NCBI GenBank assembly: GCA_963831425.1
Contig: CAWHQC010000031.1
Span: 330,199-394,198, forward strand
DNA: 64,000 nt
Direction of reading: 5' to 3'
Source: an uncultured Gemmatimonadales bacterium
GTDB taxonomy: Bacteria > Gemmatimonadota > Gemmatimonadetes > Gemmatimonadales > GWC2-71-9
The translations under genes were made by a program, and so were the position numbers. The notes under the pieces were generated by a model. That model was not told the DNA's origin. It saw nothing but the letters and a program-made list of their open reading frames with translations, and did not search any database. Below, in pieces: positions 40,251 through 47,077 of the stretch. How positions within the stretch are numbered: the first letter of the stretch is position 1; every line of letters starts with the position of its first letter.

Positions 40251-42296
40251 ATGAAGGTCTATGGCTCCAACGACATCCGGAACGTGGCGTTCGTCGGCCA
40301 CGGAGCCAGCGGGAAGACGTCACTCGTGGACGCCCTGGCCTGGGTGTCCGGCAGCAGCCGCCGGCATGGCGGCATCAAGGAAGGCACCACCCTCACCGAC
40401 TACTCCCCCGACGAGATCGCCCGGCAGCACTCGATCAATCTCGCACTCGGCTTCGCCGAGTGGATGGATACCAAGCTCAATCTCATCGATACCCCCGGCT
40501 ACCTCGACTATTTCGGCGAGGTCGTGACCGGCCTGCACGCCGCCGATGCCGCGGTGGTCGTGGTGAGCGGCACGAGCGGGGTCGAGGTGGGCACCGAGAA
40601 GGCCTGGGAAGTCCTCGATCAGCTTCATCTGCCCCGTGTCCTGTTCGTCTCGCTCATGGACAAGGAGCATGCGGATTTCGAGCGGGTGTTCATGGATGTG
40701 AAGGCGCATCTGACGCCGAGGGTCGTGCCGGTGGAAATCCCGATCGGCGACGGCCCGGACTTCCACGGGATCATCAATCTCTTCTCCGGCCACTGCCACC
40801 AGTACACGAAGGGCGCGCTCAAGGGGGAGGGCGAGGTCGTCCCCATCCCCCCGGAGTTCCAGGGGCGCTACCGCGAATACAGCGAGCACCTGACCGAGGC
40901 GGTTGCCTCGACCGACGACGACCTGATCGAGCGCTATCTCACCGGCGAGGAGATCCCCCGGGAGCAGTTCATCGGCGCCGTCAAGCAGGCGATGCTGGCC
41001 GGACAGATCGTCCCCCTCTTCTGCGGAAGCGCCACGCTGACCTACGGGCTCCGCACCCTGCTGCGCAAGATGGTCGAGCTGTTCCCGTCACCCGCGGAGC
41101 TCGCCCCGCCCGCGGACACCCCGCTTCTCGGCCGTGTGTTCAAGACGATCTCCGAGCCCCACGTGGGCGACGTGAGCCTGTTCCGGCTCTTCACCGGCGA
41201 GCTCCGCAACGGGGACGAGGTCTGGAACGCCGAGCACGAGGTGGCCGAGAAGCTCAACCACCTGTCGATCCAGCAGGGCAAGGAGCGCATCGAAGTGGCG
41301 CAGCTCTGCGCCGGGGACATCGGCTCCGTGGCCAAGCTCAAGGACACGCATACGGGCGACACCTTCTGCCGTCGCGACGCGCCGGTGCGCCTCCCGCCGA
41401 TCCCGCTGCCGGAGGCGGAGACCACCTCCGCCGTCGTCGTGAAGCAGCGCGGGGAGGAGGACAAGCTCGCGGCGGGCCTCCACAAGCTGCACGAGGAGGA
41501 CCCCACCTTCCACTTCGAGTACAACTCCGAACTCGGCCAGACGCTGATCCACGGGATGGGCGAGCGGCACTTCGAGACGATCCTGCAGCGGCTCGAGCGG
41601 AGGTACGGAGTGCACGCCGAGCTGGCGCGTCCCCGCGTCGCGTACCGCGAGACGTTGAAGGGCAAGGCGGAAGGGCAGGGCAAGCACAAGAAACAGAGCG
41701 GCGGACGCGGCCAGTACGGCGACTGCTGGATCCGGATCTCACCCCGGCCGCGCGGCGCGGGGTACGAGTTCGTGGACAGCATCGTCGGCGGCGTGATCCC
41801 CAACAAGTACATCCCGGCCGTGGACCGCGGGGTGCAGGAGTCGGCCGAGCGGGGCGTCGTGGCGGGGTACCCCATGGTGGACTTCCGGGTGGAGTGCTAC
41901 GACGGCTCCTACCACGACGTGGATTCGAATGAGATGTCGTTCAAGATGGCCGGGATTCTGGCGTTCCGGAACGTGGCCTCCAAGGCGCACCCGGTCCTGC
42001 TCGAGCCGCTGGTGGAAGTGACCGCCTGGGCGCCCGACGAGCTGCTGGGGGAAGTGATGGGCGATCTGAGCGCGCGGCGCGGCCAGATCCTCGGCACCGA
42101 ACCGGACGGCCGGCTCACCAAGGTGCGCGCGATCGTGCCGGAAGCCGAGCTGTACCGCTACTCCACCACGCTCCATTCGATTACGCACGGCCGCGGCACC
42201 CACCGGGAAAAGTTCCACGGGTACGCGGAGGCGCCGCCGGAGGTGACGGCAAGGGTGGCGGCCGAGAACGGAAAGGAGCAGGCGGTGGCCTCGTGA
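40251..42296 (+). CDS. Elongation factor G paralog (EF-G2-like translational GTPase)
   Basis: GHGASGKT (G1), DTPG and LMDK (G4 variant). Full EF-G domain order through the C-terminal LEP...EAP region. Confidence 0.85.
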   Translation: MKVYGSNDIRNVAFVGHGASGKTSLVDALAWVSGSSRRHGGIKEGTTLTDYSPDEIARQHSINLALGFAEWMDTKLNLIDTPGYLDYFGEVVTGLHAADAAVVVVSGTSGVEVGTEKAWEVLDQLHLPRVLFVSLMDKEHADFERVFMDVKAHLTPRVVPVEIPIGDGPDFHGIINLFSGHCHQYTKGALKGEGEVVPIPPEFQGRYREYSEHLTEAVASTDDDLIERYLTGEEIPREQFIGAVKQAMLAGQIVPLFCGSATLTYGLRTLLRKMVELFPSPAELAPPADTPLLGRVFKTISEPHVGDVSLFRLFTGELRNGDEVWNAEHEVAEKLNHLSIQQGKERIEVAQLCAGDIGSVAKLKDTHTGDTFCRRDAPVRLPPIPLPEAETTSAVVVKQRGEEDKLAAGLHKLHEEDPTFHFEYNSELGQTLIHGMGERHFETILQRLERRYGVHAELARPRVAYRETLKGKAEGQGKHKKQSGGRGQYGDCWIRISPRPRGAGYEFVDSIVGGVIPNKYIPAVDRGVQESAERGVVAGYPMVDFRVECYDGSYHDVDSNEMSFKMAGILAFRNVASKAHPVLLEPLVEVTAWAPDELLGEVMGDLSARRGQILGTEPDGRLTKVRAIVPEAELYRYSTTLHSITHGRGTHREKFHGYAEAPPEVTARVAAENGKEQAVAS

Positions 42297-42313
42297 GGGC
42301 GCGCCGACTTTAC

Positions 42314-43438
42314 CTACGCCGTCTTCCGCCCGGGCCTGGAGCGCGGCTTCCGCCCTTTCTTGAGCGTGATCACTCCCGCCTCCTCCCGCGGCTGCCGGTA
42401 CACGTACTGCTGCCCCCGGAAGTTCCGCAATACGACCTCTTCGTCGCTCATGCTCACCACGTACTCCGGGAGCAGCGGGATCTTCCCGCCGCCGCCCGGC
42501 GCGTCGATGACGAAGTACGGGTTGGCCAGGCCGCTGGTCCAGCCCCGGAGCGCCTCCATGATCTTGATCCCGGTCTGGATGCTGGTCCGGAAGTGCTCGG
42601 CGCCGGCCACCTGGTCGGCCATATAGATGTAATAGGGCCTCACCCGCGCCATCAGTAGCCGCTGCATCAGCAGCTTCATGACGGCGGGGTCGTCGTTCAC
42701 GCCCTTGAGCAGCACCGTCTGGCAGCCCATCGGGATGCCGGCATCGGCCAGCATGCCGAGTCCCTTGACCGCGGCCGGGGTGAGCTCGTCGGGGTGATTG
42801 AAGTGCGTATTGATGAAGAGCGGGTGGAACCGCTTCAGCGTGGCGCAGAGCTCGGGCGTGATGCGCTCGGGGAGGTGGCACGGTACCCGGCTCCCGATCC
42901 GGATGATCTCGAGGTGCGGGATGGCGCGGAGCCGGGTGAGGATGGCGTCGAGCCGGCGGTCGTTGAGGAGCAGCGGATCGCCGCCCGACATGATGACGTC
43001 CCGGATCTCGGTGTGCTGCTCGAGGTACTGGAAAGCACTCTCGAACTGAGACATCGGAATCTTCTCGGGATCGCCCACCTTCCGGCGCCGGGTGCAGAAG
43101 CGGCAGTAGCTGGCGCACACCGGACTCACGAGGAACAGAGCCCGGTCGGGATAGCGGTGCGTGATGTTGGGGACCGGACTGTCGGCATCCTCGTTGAGCG
43201 AGTCCACGATGCCATCCACGACGTCGAGCTCGTCGACCGTGGGCACGTACTGCCGCCAGATCGGATCGTCAGGAGACTTGATCAGGTCCACCATGGCCGG
43301 TGAGATCCGGAACTCGAAGTTCTCCGCCGCCTGGCGAAGGCGGTCGAGATCGGGGAAGTGCTCGGGCCCGAATCTGGTTGCGAGGGCCTCGAGCGACCTG
43401 ATCGAGTTGGTCTTGAGAACTTCCTGCCAGGTTTCCAT
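42314..43438 (-). CDS. KamA-family radical SAM 2,3-aminomutase (lysine 2,3-aminomutase-like)
   Basis: 374 aa with CASYCRFCTRR (CxxxCxxC), MSGGDPL and a KamA-type N-terminal region (FRISPAMVDLI, PIWRQYVP). Basic C-terminal tail. Confidence 0.85.
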   Translation of the reverse strand: METWQEVLKTNSIRSLEALATRFGPEHFPDLDRLRQAAENFEFRISPAMVDLIKSPDDPIWRQYVPTVDELDVVDGIVDSLNEDADSPVPNITHRYPDRALFLVSPVCASYCRFCTRRRKVGDPEKIPMSQFESAFQYLEQHTEIRDVIMSGGDPLLLNDRRLDAILTRLRAIPHLEIIRIGSRVPCHLPERITPELCATLKRFHPLFINTHFNHPDELTPAAVKGLGMLADAGIPMGCQTVLLKGVNDDPAVMKLLMQRLLMARVRPYYIYMADQVAGAEHFRTSIQTGIKIMEALRGWTSGLANPYFVIDAPGGGGKIPLLPEYVVSMSDEEVVLRNFRGQQYVYRQPREEAGVITLKKGRKPRSRPGRKTA

Positions 43439-43448
43439 TGGGGCCTCG

Positions 43449-43497
43449 GTCGTCAGTCGTCGGTCGCCAGTCGCTGGTCGTCAGTCGTGGGTCGCCG
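43449..43497. repeat. Seven tandem heptads GTCGYNN filling the GNAT-kamA spacer
   Basis: GTCGTCA GTCGTCG GTCGCCA GTCGCTG GTCGTCA GTCGTGG GTCGCCG, read directly from the sequence. Confidence 0.9.
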
Positions 43498-43505
43498 CTG
43501 TCGAC

Positions 43506-44000
43506 TCACGCCTGAGGACTGACGACTTTCACGTACACCACCTGATCATCCCCCGGCGCGTAAAAATCGGGGATGCGGGATGCGACCCGGTACCCGCGGG
43601 CTTCGTAGAAGGCGCGGGTGGGCGCGTACTCCGGCCGGCCGGCCGTTTCCACGACGATGAGCCGGGCCGCGCCGGCCAGCCGGCGCTCCATGGCCCGCAC
43701 CATGGCGGAGCCGATCCCGCTGCCGTGGAGCGCCGGATCGACCGCCATCCAGTAGAGATCGTAGGTGCCGAGGGTACAGGGGGTGGGACCCCAGCAGATC
43801 CAGCCGGCGAGGCGGCCGTCGTGCTCGGCGCCGAGTGCCAGATAGTCGGGCGAACCGGCCATGGCGCCATTGAACACTTCCAGCGCCACCGCGATCTCGT
43901 CTTCGCGGAACAGCCCGACGGCACGGCTGATCTCCTCGATGCGGCCGCGATCGGCCGCGGTGAGGTTTCGGAGCGACGCCAGGGTGAGCGTGCCGCTCAC
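43506..44000 (-). CDS. GNAT family N-acetyltransferase
   Basis: 164 aa. GTG 44000 overlaps the upstream stop (GTGA). The acetyl-CoA motif reads VDPALHGSGIGSAMV, followed by FYEARGY. Confidence 0.8.
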   Translation of the reverse strand: MSGTLTLASLRNLTAADRGRIEEISRAVGLFREDEIAVALEVFNGAMAGSPDYLALGAEHDGRLAGWICWGPTPCTLGTYDLYWMAVDPALHGSGIGSAMVRAMERRLAGAARLIVVETAGRPEYAPTRAFYEARGYRVASRIPDFYAPGDDQVVYVKVVSPQA

Positions 44001-45007
44001 GCGGCCGACACCCCGCTGACCAGGGCAGCGGCGGCGCTGTGGCTCTGGGAGCGCATGAGGGCCTCGTCCACGATCTGCATGACGAGGTCGTCGTAGCTCC
44101 AACCGAAGGCTCGGCCCATGCGGGCGAGCCCGGCGTTGCTCGAGAGGTCGGGGCAGGGATTCACCTCGAGCACGTACGGCTGGCCGTCCTCGTTGACCCG
44201 GAGGTCCACCCGTCCGTACCCCTCGCCACCTGCCATGTGGAACCATGCCTGCCGCGCCACCTCGCCGATCCGGGTGGCGAGCTCGTCCGGCACCTCGGCC
44301 GGGCAGATGGGCACGGTTCCTTCGTCTTCAGGACTTCCCGGAATCCACTTGGCGGCGTAGCTCACGATGGGCCACGTGCCGTCGGGCATGCCGTCGAAGC
44401 GGATCTCGGCCACCGGCAGCATCCGCTTGCCGACGAAGCCCACGTTGAACTCCCGGCCGGCCACGTATTCCTGTACCAGCACTTCGTCGAACTGCTCGAG
44501 CATGAGGGCGACGCGCTTCTTGAGCGCCCGCTTGGAGGTGCACACCGCGCCGTTGTCGATCCCGACGCTCGCGTCCTCGGCCGACGGCTTCACGATGGCC
44601 GGGAGCGGGAATTCGGCCGGGGTCTTGTTGGCCTGCGCCAGCATGAACGCCGGGACCGGCAGCCCGGCCGCCGAGAGCAGCGTGTTGGCGACGTGCTTCC
44701 GGTGGCAGATGGTGGTGGGCCAGGTGCGGCAGCCGGTGAACGCCACTCCCGCAAGCTCCAGCGTGCCGACGACCAGGTCTTCGTACCGGGCGTGGCCGTT
44801 GATCCCCTCGCAGAGATTGAAAACGAGATCGACCCGGCGGACGCGGCTGAGCCAGCGGAAGTCGCCCAGGCGAACGGGGAGCAGTTCGACCTCGTGCCCA
44901 CGGCGCCGGAGGACGGCGCGGACCTCGTGGACATTGCCTACGACCGCTGCCACGTCCTGCGGGCTCCACTCGTCGCTGCCGGCATCGAACAGGATCGCCA
45001 CTTTCAT
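43997..45007 (-). CDS. ATP-grasp ligase, D-alanine--D-alanine ligase family (336 aa)
   Basis: Starts at ATG 45007 (MKVAILFD). Contains IVKPSAEDASVGI, LVQEYVAGREFNV and GRVDLRVNEDGQPYVLEVNPCPDLS. Confidence 0.8.
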   Translation of the reverse strand: MKVAILFDAGSDEWSPQDVAAVVGNVHEVRAVLRRRGHEVELLPVRLGDFRWLSRVRRVDLVFNLCEGINGHARYEDLVVGTLELAGVAFTGCRTWPTTICHRKHVANTLLSAAGLPVPAFMLAQANKTPAEFPLPAIVKPSAEDASVGIDNGAVCTSKRALKKRVALMLEQFDEVLVQEYVAGREFNVGFVGKRMLPVAEIRFDGMPDGTWPIVSYAAKWIPGSPEDEGTVPICPAEVPDELATRIGEVARQAWFHMAGGEGYGRVDLRVNEDGQPYVLEVNPCPDLSSNAGLARMGRAFGWSYDDLVMQIVDEALMRSQSHSAAAALVSGVSAA

Positions 45008-46113
45008 CACGCCACCTCCGCCAGAAGGGAACGGCCGCTGATCCGACGCCAGGCGATATCGGCGACGGTGCGGATCAGCTCGTCGTAGCTCATCCCGGCG
45101 GCCCGTGCGGCCTTTGGGAAGCAGGAATTGTCCCGCGGGTCGGGCAAAATGCCCGGAAGCGGATTCAATTCGACGACCATGGGGCGATTGGCCGCGTCGC
45201 AGCGGATATCGACGCGGCACCAGTCGCGGCAGTCCAGCGCGTGATACGCCGCCAGCGCGGCGGCGCGAACATCCTCGGCCAGCGCTTCAGGGATCCTGGC
45301 CGGGCAGTCGAAAATCTCCAGCGGATGACTCGGCGAGTCCCACAGCCACTTGGCTTCGTACCCGTAGATCGGCGGTGCACCCTTCGGCAGCGTTTCAAAG
45401 TCCATGCCGACGATCGGCAGACAGCGCGCCTCGCTGCCGTTGCCGATCACCGCGACCGTGAACTCGGGCCCCGCGAGGTAGGTCTCGATGAGCACGGGCT
45501 CGGCATAGGTGGCGAGCAGCTTCGAGACCTGTTTCACGAGCTGGCTCCGCGTCTTGCAGACGCTCCGGACGCTGACGCCCTTGCCCGAGCCCTCGAAGGC
45601 CGGCTTGACGAAGAGCGGAAAGGGGAGCTGGACCTTTCGCGCGTCGTCGGGACTCCGGGCGAGGACGAACGGCGCCGTGGGCACGCCGTGGTAGGTCATC
45701 ACTTCCTTGGCGCGCCGCTTGTCCAGGCTGAGGCCCAGGGTCAGCGGATCCGACGCGTGACAGGGCACGCCGAGAAACTCGCAGATGGCGGGGACGTGCC
45801 CCTCGCGATTCGGACCGTAGAGACCCTCGGCGATGTTGAAGACGAAATCGGGCCGGGTGAGCGCGAGCCTGGCGGGAAAGCTCGCGTTGGCCTCGAGGCG
45901 GTAGACCCGGCCGACGGTGCTCAGCGCCCGCTCCACCGCATCGATGGTGGCGGGCTCATCCCACTCGGCGTAGAGATCGGGTTGGGGAAGATCGTCGCGG
46001 AGTGCCCGCCTGTCGGGCTCGTCCGGAGAAGGGGAGTCGGTCGTGGCCCCGGCCGCTGCATCCGCCGGTGCATCTGGCTTGAGATTGAAGGCGAGTCCGA
46101 TCCGAACTGCCAA
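45007..46113 (-). CDS. ATP-grasp ligase, D-alanine--D-alanine ligase family (368 aa), with a low-complexity insert after the first strand
   Basis: TTG 46113 is preceded by GAGGGG. Contains RIGLAFNLK, FVKPAFEGSGKGV, LIETYLAGPEFTV and CRVDIRCDAANRPMVVELNPLPGI. The stop overlaps the next ATG (TGATG). Confidence 0.75.
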   Translation of the reverse strand: MAVRIGLAFNLKPDAPADAAAGATTDSPSPDEPDRRALRDDLPQPDLYAEWDEPATIDAVERALSTVGRVYRLEANASFPARLALTRPDFVFNIAEGLYGPNREGHVPAICEFLGVPCHASDPLTLGLSLDKRRAKEVMTYHGVPTAPFVLARSPDDARKVQLPFPLFVKPAFEGSGKGVSVRSVCKTRSQLVKQVSKLLATYAEPVLIETYLAGPEFTVAVIGNGSEARCLPIVGMDFETLPKGAPPIYGYEAKWLWDSPSHPLEIFDCPARIPEALAEDVRAAALAAYHALDCRDWCRVDIRCDAANRPMVVELNPLPGILPDPRDNSCFPKAARAAGMSYDELIRTVADIAWRRISGRSLLAEVA

Positions 46114-46127
46114 GAGCGCCCCTCTAC

Positions 46128-46155
46128 AAAAAAGGCCGTCCACGAGAGACGAGCC
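46128..46155 (-). terminator. Rho-independent terminator after thyX, 15 nt before the ATP-grasp start
   Basis: The minus-strand RNA reads GGCUCGUC-UCUCGUG-GACGGCC, a 7-bp stem with one bulge, followed by UUUUUU. Confidence 0.65.
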
Positions 46156-46225
46156 GCGACGAGTTAGGTGCTTCGACGAAACTAAAGTAAGGAAAAGGTT
46201 TCGGGAGCACAATAGTTTTTGGGGA

Positions 46226-46978
46226 CTAGACCTTGTGATATCCGACCCGTCCCGCTTCGCTGCCGTCCGTCGAGCGAAAGATCTCCACGTCGTCGAACAG
46301 CGACGGCGCCTCGCGCTGGAGCACGCGGAGGCAGGCGATGGCCATCCGGCGAATCTCCAGCTCGGCGCCTTCGCCCAGGCGAAGTTCGAGCATGGTGCGC
46401 CATGCGCGGACGTTGGCACTAGCCACGATCTTCACCTCGGTGGCGTTGGGGAGGACGCTACGCGCCGCTTCGCGTGCCATCTTCCGGCGGTGCACCGTGT
46501 GTTCCACCCACTCGTAGCGGATCATCAGGTGCTCCACCGCCGCGACGTAGGCCGATTGGGCCGCCTGGACCTGCCGAGTCCACTCGGCCTCGAGCTCGGT
46601 GTCGCCGAGGATGGCGGGAGGCATCACGAACGCGGCGTGGGACTCGTCCACATAGCGCTGGGAAAGCTGCGAAAAGCCCCAGCCGGCCCGATGCCGCACC
46701 AGCTCGTGGCTGCAGCTCCGCGATATGCCCTCGATGAGCATCACGTACGTCGCGTGCTCGAACACCGAGCCGTGGCCCTGCTTGAGGATGTTCCGCAGGT
46801 ATTCGCCCGTGGTGCGGCCGGCCGGGTTGTGCTGGCTCATGTAGCACAGTCGCCCGGCGAACTCGGCGATCCGCTCGCCGTCACTTGCCTCGCCCTGCCA
46901 CTGGACGGGCAGATGGCCGGGCTCGAGGAACTGTGGGCGGGCGATGAGGGTGACTCGGGGCTCGCGAATGATGTCCAT
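46226..46978 (-). CDS. thyX: FAD-dependent thymidylate synthase
   Basis: 250 aa with the ThyX motif SHELVRHR and SQRY. Confidence 0.9.
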   Translation of the reverse strand: MDIIREPRVTLIARPQFLEPGHLPVQWQGEASDGERIAEFAGRLCYMSQHNPAGRTTGEYLRNILKQGHGSVFEHATYVMLIEGISRSCSHELVRHRAGWGFSQLSQRYVDESHAAFVMPPAILGDTELEAEWTRQVQAAQSAYVAAVEHLMIRYEWVEHTVHRRKMAREAARSVLPNATEVKIVASANVRAWRTMLELRLGEGAELEIRRMAIACLRVLQREAPSLFDDVEIFRSTDGSEAGRVGYHKV

Positions 46979-46992
46979 GGGGATCTTGGGTG

Positions 46993-47077
46993 GTGAGTCG
47001 TGAGTCGTGAGTCGCGGGTCGCAGATCGGGCCGTGGGCTGCACGCCCCGCGACTCATGACTCACGACTCACGACTGT
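46993..47077. repeat. Long inverted repeat built from GTGAGTC/GACTCAC heptads
   Basis: GTGAGTCGTGAGTCGTGAGTCGC (46993-47015) matches the reverse complement of GCGACTCATGACTCACGACTCAC (47049-47071) at 22 of 23 positions. GGG/CCC extends the stem. The right arm overlaps the last codons of the FAD oxidase gene. Confidence 0.9.

Noticed and set aside
40251-43438. Reading the KamA-like gene as EpmB-type beta-lysylation machinery for a translation factor, because an EF-G paralog is adjacent.
   Set aside because: The genes converge and so are not co-transcribed. No epmA (PoxA) or efp gene is present. The aminomutase is operonic with the ligases and GNAT instead. This is kept only as a remote alternative in the main finding.
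43506-46113. Reading the two ATP-grasp ligases plus a GNAT as a microviridin/graspetide (RiPP) cluster.
   Set aside because: Graspetide ligases are RimK-like, whereas these two have D-Ala-D-Ala-ligase architecture. I found no small precursor-peptide ORF upstream or in the spacers, and the heptad spacer has no start codon. The fourth gene is an aminomutase rather than an ABC exporter.
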